A DNA stretch of 64,000 nucleotides from Sphaerodactylus townsendi (Eukaryota): the NCBI RefSeq assembly GCF_021028975.2, contig NC_059438.1, positions 25,296,001 to 25,360,000 on the forward strand. Direction: 5' to 3'. A model generated the notes under the pieces. That model had not been told where the DNA came from and made no database searches. It was given only the letters and a program-made list of their open reading frames with translations. Position 1 is the stretch's first letter; each line of letters begins with the position of its first letter. A program made the translations under genes and the position numbers. Shown here one piece after another: positions 40,882 to 52,474 of this stretch.

Positions 40882-43800
40882 CACCCCCAGCAAAGCCCCG
40901 GGTTTCTGTTCTGAGCTGCTTGTGGCCAATGGCCCAGCTCCGTGCCCTTGTGCAGGGTCCCCCAGAGTGGGCGTCTGGTTCCTGTGCTCTAGAGGAGAGG
41001 CTCCAGAGAGGCACGTGCGTTTTCTCCTTGCTGCCAGGGCAGAATGCTCCCCCAGGGCCTGCTGTCAGCCAGGCGGGGCAGCTATTTTATTTTATTTTTA
41101 TATTTATATACCGCCCTCCCCGAAGGCTCAGGGCGGTTTCCATCAACAATAAAAGTTTAAAACATGGTATATATAATTTACCTAAAATACTAAACTATAG
41201 ATGGCTTCAGCTCATCTTTCCCCCTTTATGAACCCACGGGAGGCCGGATGTTTTTTGGCAAGTTGACATCATCCCGGCTGGCCAAACGCCTGGCGGAACA
41301 GGTCCGTTTTACAGGCCCTGTGGAAACTTTGTAAGTCCCGCAGGGCCCTGATCTCACCTGGAAGCCTGTTCCACCAGGTAGGGGCCAGAGCCTCTCTGAT
41401 CTCCTACTCCTGCAGGTGGTTGTGGGATGGACTGCCCAGAAGTCTGAGGAATTGCATATGGAACATTATCAGGAGGAAGCAGATTGCTAAGCACTTTTGT
41501 GATGGGGTGGGGAACACACTCCGCACTCCCAGGGTTGGCTCTCATGGCTGGGTGGGGCTGGCTTTCCATTTTCAAAAGTATGTGTCTGGGGAGTGTGTTT
41601 GCCCCGGTATCCAAAGTGTGCCTGTGCCTGGGATGAGGCCTCGGTTCTGGTGCTCCCCCAAGCAGGGCAGAGGTGTCACATGGCCAGGCTGGCTGGCTCT
41701 CCCTCCCTCCGGGCTGCCTCTGGACCTCTCTCCAAGCCAGCCTTGAGCCTCAACAGGCTTGAACCTTGAGCCTCACATTGGCCGTGCTGTTCTTTCCTGA
41801 GGCTCAGGCTCCCTCTAGCGTCTGCAAGAGAACTGCAGCCCTCTGTCCTCCAAGCAGGATTTGTAGGCGCCAGAGACTCCCCAAGTCTTAGCATGGGAGA
41901 GAAGGTTGGAGTTTTCCCTGGCTGCTGCGGACAGGAGTGTCTGGTTAAGAGCATGGCAGGCAGCACCCTGCAGACTCCGGAGGGTTGGTGGTTTGCCTTG
42001 ACTGCAGGCTGTCTATGATGTCCATGCAATGGCATCACCCTGCCTCTTCATTTTTGTAAGACCCACTAAGTATTTGGCCCGCAGGCCCTCTTGCCTCTGG
42101 GCTGGCTTACTGGGGTAGGTAGAAATTGTGGGCATCCATCAGTGTGGTGGCTGAGCGAGGATTCTGACCAGGGGGGTCTCCATTTCCAAACTGCATGAGG
42201 TTTCTTTGCCCCCCCCCCCCCCCAAGTCATTCTGGAAACCACTTGTGCTCCACCTGTGCATCAGACACCCAGAACAGCCTGTAGGATATCCTGGTTTTCT
42301 GGCCATCTTGATGGCAGAATGGAGTGAACCCCCAAAGCATTTATTTTACTTTCATGAATGTGCAGTCCTGAAGATGGAAAGCCCCCTCCCCACCCAAAAG
42401 GGCCAACCCTTGAAACGTGGAGTGTGCTCCCCACCTCATGGCAAGGGGCCTCCGGGGATAGGGCGGTATAAAAGTCCAAAGAATAAATAAAATAAATAAA
42501 TAAGGCTGCTTACCAATCTGCCTCCTCCTGATAATATTCCGTGCCGTCCCTCCAACTTCCAGGCAGTCCAGCCAGCCAGAGCAGCTCACACCTGACCCCA
42601 ACTTCCAGGGGGAAATCGTTTTTGAACGTGGTGACCTGCTCCGTCAGTTGGCTGCTGGTGCACAGTTGTGGCAGGCTGGCCAACGGTCAGCCAAATGGTA
42701 TTGCCGCTGGGAGCAAAACTCTTGCCTCTGCTGAGATGGGCAACTTCTTCCTGGTCTCTGCACAGCCGTCAGTGGACTGGAGTCATTTCCCGTTGAGCAT
42801 CAGCCGTGCCTCAGCCAGATTGTGTGGATGCAACAAGCAGGGGCTGCCCCCCCCCCCCCCATATGTCTCCCGAGCTGCGGCACGTGGCTCTGGTGAAAAA
42901 CAGAGGAACAAAAATGGGCTAGAAAGGTTGAGAAAACAAAACAACAGTGCGAGTTGGTAATTTTTATAATGAGACACAGTGCAAATATTGTACGATGCTA
43001 TAGCAACGTTTTTCGTTAGCGTTAACGGTTTCCTTCTGGCGCAGGCTGCGTGTTGAACGGCCAGGCCGTCCGCCTCCAAATCCACTATGAAAACGGCTTC
43101 ACTGTCTCCAGAGAGGAGGGAGGCTCTGCCAGCATCCTTTTCTGCTACCCGTTTGAGAAGCTGAAAATGTCGGCAGATGACAGCATCAGGAACCTCTACT
43201 TGGATTTTGGGGGACCAGAGGGGGAGCTGGTAAGTAGCAGTAACAGTGACAAGCCTTTATTGGCATAAAATAAACATACAAAATAAGCATACAAAATTTG
43301 CCCATTATTGCTCACAGTTATAGACACTGGTACTAAAATATATACATAGTCCTTCTGTAACTATAGGACATTCCTTCAGCTAAGTTGACTCACTTAAACG
43401 TCATCGAATACTGACAGAAGCTAGAAAAATTACTGCTGGCTATATGTGGTCATAATACATAGACATTGATTGGTATTCATCTAGACCAGTGATGGCGAAC
43501 CTTTTCGAGACCGAGTGCCCAAACTGCAACCCAAAAGCCACTTATTTATCGCAAAGTGCCAACACGGCAATTTAACCTGAATACTGAGGTTTTAGTTTAG
43601 AAAAAACGGTTGGCTCCGAGACGTGCTTTACTCAGGAGTAAGCTTGGTGGTAGTCGGTGGCTTTGCTTTGAAGCAACCATACAACACTTCAAATGGGTGA
43701 ATCATGACCCTAAGAGCAACCGAGCTTACTCCTAGGTAAAGGATTGTGCTTTAGTTCTTCCCATGAAAATCAGTGGGGTTTAACAGCACTTAACAGGGTT

Positions 43801-45090
43801 ACCGACACGTCGTGCCCAGCGGCCCAGGCCAGCCTATATGTATTGGGGGGGGCGATTTTCTGGCCCCCCCCCCCCACATGACGAACTCTGTGCACCCGTG
43901 CCCATAGAGAGGGCTCTGAGTGCCACCTCTGGCACCCGTGCCATAGGTTCGCCACCAATGATCTAGACTTACGTCTATTATCGTTAGCAGAAATTTTGCT
44001 ACATTCTCGCAAACTGTGGGATCCATGTTGTTCAAAAGCATAGGTATCTTAAGAGCATCAGTTAGATTGTTATACAGAAATGGGATAAGTGCAGATTGCG
44101 ACATTCTGATTTTTGCAAACCTTACACAATGAAAGAGGGTATGATCGAGTGTCTCCACCTGACCCATATTGCATGGACATAGCCTCCTCTGTTTATCAAT
44201 TTGTTGGTAAGTAGCAGAGCACGCCCAAATGCCCCCTTCCCGTGCCTGCTGGGTCCCAGGCGGTTGAGACGAGTCGCAGCCATTTCAGCAAGGCAGGATT
44301 TCATTCCTCATCCTGAGAGAGCTCTTGAGAGGCACGCCCGTGCTCCATTTCTCACAACCCAGTCCAGCTGTGCTCAGCTGAAGCATGTCTTGGTCTGCAG
44401 TCTTGTCCTCGGCCACGTGCCTAGTTGTGTTCCGCTTGAGCTGGATCGTGGCTGTTATTCTGAGAGCCAGGACAGTGGCCGGTGGACCCCATTCTCTTCT
44501 AGTGCACACCCTTCCTTGCCGTTTTTGCATCAGGGCATATTTATGAAATGATTGTGAGTGCCTCGTAGAATTGCTTGTTTTTAATTCTTAATTATGTGTT
44601 GAAGCATTTATATCTCACCTTCCTTGTGGTTCAGGATAGCTTTTGATAATAGAAACATTTTAGCTGAAAAGAAAATCACAAGCCCCAAATCTTGCCCCCA
44701 AAAGACGCTGCCCACCAATGCCTGTCAAAAGTCCTGGCAGGCTGGCAAGCCTAGTGGCACTTCCAGAAGACCTCCAGGGAGCCCCCCCGCCCCTCTTCAC
44801 GGAGCCCCTCCCACAGAGCCAGTTGCTTTCTCCCCAGTGACCACGGCCAGCATGGTGCAATGGTTAGCTCACCAGGCTAGGATCAAAGAGACCCATGTTC
44901 GAATCCTTGCCGCTGCCTTTTCAAAACCCTGGCCTGACATCTGCTTTTTCTTTGGTGTGCAAGAAAGTGACGTTGCCGTGTGCTGCTTCCTCCGCAGGCG
45001 CTGGAGCTGCACTCCTGCCCGAAGCCCGTCGTGTTCATCCTGCACACGTTCTTGTCAGCCAAAGTGACCCGCATGGGGCTGCTGGTGTAG
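27814..45090 (+). CDS. SNTB2: Beta-2-syntrophin (split PH-PDZ-PH-SU, 533 aa)
   Basis: Exons 27814-28372, 35805-36018, 38055-38265, 39512-39654, 40636-40832, 43045-43229 and 44998-45090 (TAG). Motifs [33 protein letters not shown] and SU-domain end [27 protein letters not shown]. Phases consistent (1602 nt). Confidence 0.96.
28951..29433. mobile_element. AT-rich fold-back element with a central hammerhead-like core (Penelope-like element remnant, inferred)
   Basis: Diverged inverted arms 28951-29168 / 29226-29433. The minus-strand spacer reads CTGATGA-AGCACCCTTGAAGGGAAGCAC-GAAA. Confidence 0.6.
31781..32005 (-). mobile_element. CR1-type LINE 3' end
   Basis: Same sequence family as 5760-6104. 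(TTCTTATG) tail, flanked by (ATTC/ATTG)n microsatellite. Confidence 0.8.
33223..33395 (-). mobile_element. CR1-type LINE 3' end
   Basis: CATAAGAACATAAGAA tail and body matching 31781-32005. Confidence 0.8.
33404..33658. mobile_element. Tc1/mariner/pogo-like MITE
   Basis: 23-bp TIRs CCCTGTTTCCCCAAAAATAAGAC / GTCTTATTTTCGGGGAAACAGGG and internal GGGCTTAT repeats. The TA TSD is degenerate. Confidence 0.75.
34581..34680. mobile_element. Short hAT MITE fragment
   Basis: Starts CAGGGGTAGGGAACCT. Body CTACAATTCCCATCAG is shared with 20278-20400 and 50713-50808. Confidence 0.65.
41085..41392 (-). mobile_element. L2-type LINE 3' end
   Basis: (TTTA)n tail, ATACCGCCCT...GGGCGG stem-loop and ORF2-end sequence homologous to 62130-62567. 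Confidence 0.7.
43241..44204 (-). mobile_element. Truncated LINE 3' end inserted at the SNTB2 exon-6 donor
   Basis: Zinc-knuckle remnant [11 protein letters not shown] and AATAAAGGCTT tail as in 4114-4881. 13-bp TSD TGGTAAGTAGCAG at 43228-43240 and 44205-44217. Confidence 0.85.
43487..43960. mobile_element. hAT MITE nested in the LINE fragment
   Basis: TIRs CAGTGATGGCGAACCT / AGGTTCGCCACCAATG and a perfect 8-bp TSD ATCTAGAC (43479-43486, 43961-43968). Confidence 0.9.
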
Positions 45091-46850
45091 CCGCCGGGGG
45101 TCGCCTGGAGAACCTCTGCGGGGGCTCCTCCCAGCCTCAGTGCCTTGTCCCGGACTTGCTGCCTGTTGGATGCTTTGCCTGCCAAAGACCCGTGGCCACG
45201 GAGGGCTGCTGCTCTTGCTGGATGCTGTCCTGAGAGAGAGGTGGCCGCAACAGACAGAGGAGAACGACAACTGTGGGCAGGGGGGGCACTGCCCTTGCTT
45301 GCCCTCTGTTCCTGGCGGCTGGCTGCAAGAGGGCAGGTGGGAGGAGGAGGAGGAGGAAGCGCCCAGCATTTCAAAGCCATTTCTTCTGCTGCTGCTGCTT
45401 GCCAAACGTGCCTTTTGGTGTCGGAAGAGGAGACACTCCGCTGAGGGACAAGCCAGAGGCGTCCTGGATCCAGCCTTTTAGGGCTTCGTTCTGCACCTCT
45501 TGTAGGCAGGGGGGACGGTACTGGGGGGGGCTTAACCATGGAGGGCAGGTGGGTCAGAACTCCCCCTCCCTCCCTTTTGTGCCAAAGATCCGATCAGAAA
45601 GGGGAATGCTCCGTTTTGCCCCATTTGAGTGCTGGCCCCCTGTGGCGGCTTGAGAGCGGAGTTTCTTCTTGCCCCAGCCCTGGTTTAGGGAGGGCAGACT
45701 CGAGAAGCCGTGGGGCATGGTGCAGGTGGCCTTTGTGGAAGACCGAGGACCCCTCCTGCCTGGGTTGGGGCTGGCGTGGCCAGGCACCTTCTGCCGGTTC
45801 CGACTTGACAGGGAGACGCCCTCTGGCAGCCTGGACTTCGAGCGGCCGATCCTTGCAGGTCCAGAGCCTCGGCCAGGGAGGTTGGGGATCTCCCAGCATG
45901 CTCCTGTCTCCGTGCTGGCCTGTTTCTAGCCCCAGCCTTGGGGGTCTTTCTCACTGTGATCACCTGAGCTGGACAGTGCAGAGCCTTAAGCCAAGAGATT
46001 CCTCCTCCTCCTCTGTTTCCTCAAGGAAGAGGCTGGTGGGGGAGGGGGTCACGGCAGTCACGTGGGTTTCAACTCCCTTTCAGGTCTGCCTTTGCTGCCA
46101 CAAGGACTGGCAGTTTCACAGTTAACCAAAAGGAGAGATTCATGTCTTTGGTACCAGAACGCAGACCTTCCTTTTGGCCCACGAGACGCTGCCTTTCCTT
46201 GGCCCACAGACCCACTGAGTCCCTTGGCCCCAATGCCAGGGGCAGAGATGGGGGAGGCTGCAAAATAGTTCACCCTTTGCTGTGACTGGCAAGCCCAAAG
46301 TGCCTTCTTCTTCTTCTTCTTCTCCCAGAGTGGGAGAGAGCCTCCTTCCCAGACTGCCATCCAGGGGCTCCAGGCTCAAGAGAGAAGCTGCAGAATGGAA
46401 GCTTCTCACAATCCAAAGGAACAGCTTGCTTAGCTGGGGGGTGGGGGTGGGCAGATCAGGTGGAAGCTATGGACCAAATTGCAGAGGGGGGGGGAACCCC
46501 CAGGTATTGATGGGGCTGCTGGTGCTTCTGAAAGGGAGCATCCTGGGCAGGGGAGGGACGGGGCTGACTGGCCAGAGAAATGGGCTGAAGTCAGGTGCTG
46601 CGTCCAGGAGCATCTCCTCCTGCCTAGTTGCAGCCAGGAAGACTGCACTGGAAAGGTGAAGTTCTGCTATCGGATTTGATATGCAGAGTTGACTGCAGTA
46701 GCCTGCAAATCTGAAAGGTTTTCCACAGAAAGTGGGTGCTGAAGGGAAAGTAGTCTGGTCTAGTGGGTGGGGGAGAGAAGAGGCAGAGAAAACATGGCAT
46801 CCTTTCCCACAGGCCTTGGACGTCATCTAGCTGTAATCAAGCACCGGGGA

Positions 46851-47148
46851 CGTAGGAGGTTAAGAGCTCGTGTATCTAATCTGGAGGAACCGGGTTTGAT
46901 TCCCAGCTCTGCTGCCTGAGCTGTGGAGGCTTATCTGGGGAATTCAGATTAGCCTGCGCACTCCCACACACGCCAGCTGGGTGACCTTGGGCTAGTCACA
47001 GCTTCTCGGAGCTCTCTCAGCCCCACCCACCTCACAGGGTGTTTGTTGTGAGGGGGGAAGGGCAAGGAGATTGTCAGCCCCTTTGAATCTCCTGCAAGAG
47101 AGAAAGGGGGGATATAAATCCAAACTCTTCTTCTTCTTCTTCTTCTTC
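46851..47148 (+). mobile_element. Young CORE SINE (Squam3-like) in the SNTB2 3' UTR
   Basis: Full tRNA head, CORE and (CTT)n tail. Confidence 0.85.
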
Positions 47149-48249
47149 ATTATCTGCCCCAGGTTTGCTACACCAGAGGAGGTGACAGAGAAGCAGGACA
47201 TGACGTTCCCAGCCTGGAGAAAGGCAGAGTCCCCCCGCAAGGGCTGATCAGGGTCTCACGCCTCTCGACTCACCCATTGGGGCCAGCCAAAGGGCAGCGC
47301 GGCCTTCGCTGAGTGGGGGCAGGAACAACCTTGGCTCTTAGTAAGCTGCAGGGTCTGGGGGTAATGTTGGAGATGCCAGAGGTTTTCCAGATGGTCCCAG
47401 CTGCCTCCCCCCACCCCTTAAATGGCAGGGCAAGGGCTGAAGTCTGTTCTCAGCCAGACTGTTTTTGACACTAGCAGGGGTAGCTTTTTGGCATGGCCAG
47501 CAGTGTGCGTGTGCTCCGCGAGAGCTTTTTTGCGAGAGCCCCCCGTCCAGCAGCCGCCTCTTACTCGCCTGTTAGATGCAGCTCCCAAGGCTGTCCTTGG
47601 TCTTTATATCAGTACGCTGTTCCAGGCTGTATTTGGAGACACTAGTAGTTAGTTTACAATTTGGGCGTCTTCGCCTCCTGCAGCACGTAATCCTTGTGGT
47701 TCCCTTTCGGTGCTGCTGTGGTGGCTGCCAAAGGCATCCCTCCCACAGGGACCAGGCCAGCACCACAGATGCCTTTGCCGTGTGGCTCCCTGTGCTGCGG
47801 AGTGCATGGAAGTCAGCAGGCCGGTTGGTGTTAACACAACTGCTGACATGACAGCAACAGCCACGAGCCAGTTCAGGCAAGCACAGGCTGCTTCTATGTG
47901 GCAGGGATGCTCTGCGTGGCTTTTGTTGCCCTCTGGGGACGCAGAGGCGTTTGCCACAGCAACGGAGTGTCCAGGCAGAGATTTCACGCCTGCTAACCTC
48001 ACCTCGACTTTCCTCGGCCGTCGGGCAGCACCAGAAAGCTGCTTTGGGCGTTTTGGACGTATCCGCAACTGATGTACTCTTTGGCATCGTAACGTTCTAT
48101 TGGCTTCTCTGAATTCTGAGCATTTTTTAAAAGTCTTCCTCTTCTTTCGTTGCAGAGATAGAAGGGAATAGGCATGTCTCCATGACTTCCTTAAAGATTG
48201 GAAGCAGTGTATTTTAGGGAACTTTTGGGTGTGGAATAATCTAATAAAG

Positions 48250-48400
48250 CCAGAAGTGAAGCAAGGTCGGTACTTGGATGGGAGACCACCAAGGAAGACT
48301 CTGCAGAAGAAGGCAATGACAAACCACCTCTGCTGCTGCTCACTTGCCTTGAAAACCCCTTGCTGGGGCCACCATACGCCAGTTGTGACTTGTCAGCCCT
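48250..48400 (+). mobile_element. 5S rRNA-derived SINE with an RTE/BovB-like tail
   Basis: 5S box-C-like GTACTTGGATGGGAGACC followed by GAAGGCAATGACAAACCACCTCTG, a tail typical of RTE-mobilised SINEs. Confidence 0.6.
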
Positions 48401-48896
48401 TTACAAACACATTCAGAGGAACTAGTAGATTGTCACCCTACTAAAGATGTCAGTTGCTGACTATTTTTTAAAAAAACAAGGGGCCTCCAGCGGCCGGTGA
48501 GAAGGGGGCGGGGGGTTGAAGAAGGGAAATGGTGCGGATGCTGAGGAAACCTGCAAAAATTATCTTCCCAGCAAGATTATGCCAGGGTTGAGAAAGGTGT
48601 CAGTGAGGCTAAGAGCACACTGAAAGTGGGGGGTTCAGGGAGGATGCTGGGAAAACAACAACCCTGCTCTGTTTTGCTGGCCAAACGAGCAAAATGTCCC
48701 TGTGGCAGCAGTTGAGATGGGCTTTTAAAAAATGCACAGGAAAGCAGACCTCGGCAAACAGTTGGCCCCACCACGCAAATAGCACTTTTCCTGAAAGGTT
48801 AGTACTTCTGTGCCTAAGGGAGGCTTCCCAGCACAGAAAAAGTGTGTCTGGTCGCCTTATCCCCGAACAGTAGGCAGTTGAGGAGATGGATGTGTG

Positions 48897-49444
48897 TCTA
48901 AGAAACCTATATACCGATCAAAATATATAGTTATACTCATAGTATAAGCTGTTATGGTGGCTTCAATGGGAAGTTGAGTACACTCATATTTCTCAACATA
49001 CGTAAAATGCAATATACACAATGCTTATTAATATTTCTATTCTCAATAGACTCCCTCGGAAGGAGTGTTGTAATCACTCCTTATGTGCTAAACACAATTT
49101 GCACAATTTGAATTCAGCCACGTATCCAAAACAGTAATACACACTGAAGGATAAGAACCTTGCAAATATAAGGAGAATACCATTAATTTGGATATGGACA
49201 TATGAAGAGCAAAATTGTTCATTTTTCATGATACGTTGGACTGAGCCGGGTGCAAATTGTGTTTAGCACATAAGGAGTGATTACAACACTCTTTCCGAGG
49301 GAGTCTATTGAGAATAGAAATATTAATAAGCATTGTGTATATTGCATTTTATGTATGTTGAGAAATATTAGCGTATAATACATTGAAGCCACTATAGCAG
49401 CATACGTGAGTCTTGTATATATTTTTTCGGTCCGGTTTCTTAGA
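48897..49444. mobile_element. 548-bp AT-rich fold-back insertion with a 12-bp TSD in the SNTB2 3' UTR
   Basis: Termini TCTAAGAAACC / GGTTTCTTAGA, ~230-bp inverted arms, and TSD GATGGATGTGTG at 48885-48896 and 49445-49456. Confidence 0.85.
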
Positions 49445-50180
49445 GATGGATGTGTGCCCTGGAGCATTCCTGGTCATTCCACCAGGGGTCTGGCAGCTTC
49501 CGAGGTGGGGCCTGCTTCCCTTGGGGCGGGGGGGGGGGGGGGGCAGGGAAAGCCTCGAGCTTATTCTTGCTGGTGACCTCTTGATTGCCTTTCAGCCGAT
49601 GTGCTGCTTAGTTTTCTTTGGTCCCTGACTGGCGTCGGTCTGTTCCGGGGGTCTCCTCTGCTTCTAGAACTAGTAGCTAGTTTACAGTTTGGGTAAATGC
49701 AACTTCCCAGGCCCAAAGTGCCAAAGATAAGATTTCCTTGTAGGATCTCTTAGAACAACTTGCACAGAAACCACTACAAAGCAATTGTCTGTTCCACGCG
49801 TGTTCTGTGTGGGGGCACATGTGATATCGTATGATATTTGCTATTCAGGCACAGTTAGTGATGCTGCCACATGCAATCTCAAATGTACAACCAACTTTAT
49901 TTTTGTATTCTTTGTAAATGCTATTTATACAAGAGTGACTCCCCACCTCTGCAGTTTTTATTCTCAAGTCTTAAGAGTCTCCAGGTGACCAGTATCCAGG
50001 TAAACCAAGCAAGGATGCTTGGGCAATTTTGGAAGGACCTGAAGCCGTAAGCCTTTGAGAGCTCTGTATACGCTAGAGATGCGTTAACCACCTCCACCTT
50101 CTGGGTTATGTTGATTATATAGTATTGTACATTACAATGGCAAGATGACCAATGGCAAAGGTAGCCTTTGTGTGGTGTAC

Positions 50181-50186
50181 AATAAA
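50181..50186 (+). terminator. Probable distal SNTB2 polyadenylation signal (3' UTR ~5.1 kb)
   Basis: AATAAA preceded by TGTA motifs and a U-rich UTR-like segment, followed by GT-rich sequence. Confidence 0.6.
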
Positions 50187-50712
50187 GGTGTGGATACCTT
50201 TAGTCTGAATTCTTTGGCTTGTGTTTGCGGGAGAAGTGAAGCACTTCAGAACAACGTTCAGAACACAACCATGAGTTCCATTGGGAGCAATTACTTATTA
50301 CCTATTGGTATGTAAAGCCCACATTTTCTCATAAAAAATGGCTGTGTATTTTCAGTTAAAATAGCATTATTTTTGTCAGCTGCAAGATACGTCCAGAAAC
50401 CTCCTGGACGTTCAGAGGTAAGATTCATGCAAAAAAGCTTGCGGCTGTGTGTATTATACTGACCCCAGAAGAAAACACCTGTCAGCTTTTTTTCCCAGTC
50501 TCTGTGCAAACAATAGACATACAGGAACACCATAACTTACCCCGTTCTGTGCAGACGGGAGACGGAGAAAGCCAGATCTTCTTCTGTTTGCTGGGAATCT
50601 CTCTGGACCGGGTCTCAGCTGCAGAAGCCTCCTTTCCTTTTCCCCCTGAAAAGCACAAGGCCACACGTCCCCCTGGGCCTCCCCCCCCCCCAGCTATCTT
50701 CCTCCGGTTCCT

Positions 50713-50808
50713 CCAGGGGTCTGCAACCTGCGGCTCTCCAGATGTTCATGGACTACAATTCCCATCAGCCCCTGCCAGCATGGGGCTGATGGGAGTTGCA
50801 GACCCCTG
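50713..50808. mobile_element. Miniature hAT MITE
   Basis: TIRs CAGGGGTCTGCAAC / GTTGCAGACCCCTG. Confidence 0.75.
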
Positions 50809-51289
50809 CGCCAGCACAACATTAATCCCAAGGACCTCGTTTGCCGCTGCTGCTCGGCTGCATCCCACGACGACCGTCCCCAGGTGCTCCCCCCACTTGC
50901 CCGCCCCTGCCGGAGAAAAGGGCACGACGCCTCCACTCACCTGCTCAGGGGGGCTCAGGGGTCCCCTGGAGTGAAGCAGCAGCAGCAAAGAGCCTTCTTT
51001 CCGTCCTCCTCCTGGTCCTGTGGAATGAGCAAAGGGGTGGACAAGATCAGCCCCACATGCCTACCTTTCCCGGGACCAGAAATCCCCGCCCTCCGCCTCC
51101 CCCCACCCAGCAGCTGCCTCCTCCTCCCGCCCCCCCTGCAAGCGATGGACCCACCGCCCCCAAGACCTCCCAGCTGAGCGCTCCTCCACTGTCAGCACCT
51201 CCCCGCCCATCAGGGCCAGCAAGGGAGGGAGGGCAGCCAGAGTCCCCCCAGCGAGGACAACGACCCTCCAGCAGCAGCCGGGGTCGATT

Positions 51290-52310
51290 CCCCCCCACTC
51301 CTCCATGTGAGCGGCGGACTCTTCTCCGGTGAACTAGGTTTGTTTCTCCACATGAAGCCTGCAGGGTCACCTTGGGCCAGTCACAGTTTTCTCAGAACTC
51401 TTCTAACCCCGCCTACCTCACAAGGTGTCTGTTGTGGGGAAGGGAAGGTGCGGTGATTGTGAGCCACTCTGAGACCCCTCAAAGGTAGAGAAAAGTTGGG
51501 TATGAAAACCAATTCTTCTTCTAATCTGGAAAACTGGGTTTGATTCCCCACTCCTCCGCCTGAGCAGCAAACTCTAATCTGGAGAACCAGGTTTGTTCCC
51601 CTGCTCCTCCACATGAAGCCTGCTGAATGACCTTGGGCCAGTCACAGTTCTCTCAGAACCCTCTCAGCCCCGCCTACCTCACAAGGTGTCTGTTGTGGGG
51701 AAGGGAAGGTGCGGTGATTGTGAGCCACTCTGAGACCCCTCAAAGGTAGAGAAAAGTTGGGTATGAAAACCAATTCTTCTTCTAATCTGGAAAACTGGGT
51801 TTGATTCCTTCACTCTTGGAGCAGCAAACTCTAATCTGGAGAACTTCAGGTTTGGTTCCTCTGCAAGTTCACATTAGAAGCCTGCTGAATGACCTTTGGG
51901 GTCAGTCATAGCCCTCTCAGAACTTCTCTCAGCCCTCACCTACTCCCACAAGGTGTCTGTTGTGGGGAAGGGAAGGTGCGGTGATTGTGAGCCACTCTGA
52001 GACCCCTCAAAGGTAGAGAAAAGTTGGGTATGAAAACCAATTCTTCTTCTAATCTGGAAAACTGGGTTTGATTCCCCACTCCTCCGCCTGAGCAGCAAAC
52101 TCTAATCTGGAGAACCAGGTTTGTTCCCCTGCTCCTCCACATGAAGCCTGCTGAATGACCTTGGGCCAGTCACAGTTCTCTCAGAACCCTCTCAGCCCCG
52201 CCTACCTCAGAAGGTGTCTGTTGGGGAGGGAGGGAGGGAGGGAGGGGAGCTGCTTAGGTGAGACTCCTTAGGTGGAGAAAAACGGGCATAGAAACCAACT
52301 CTTCTTCTTC
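51290..52310 (+). repeat. Head-to-tail tandem array of ~4 SINE-derived units (~260 bp)
   Basis: Anchor CTAATCTGGAAAACTGGGTTTGATTCC at 51521, 51782 and 52049. Confidence 0.85.
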
Positions 52311-52474
52311 CAAAGCAACCCTGTTCTCCAGATGAACTGATCTCTGTAGCCTGGACGCCAGTTTTATCCCTGGTGATCTCCAGCCACCCCCTGGAGGTTG
52401 GCAGCCCTCGCAGGGGAGGCAGATCGAAAGGGGGAGAAAATGGGGAGACGTTAGCTCAACCAAAAGCCAGCGAA

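Noticed and set aside
48255-48300. 5S rRNA gene
   Set aside because: Only a short box-C fragment fused to a retroposon tail.
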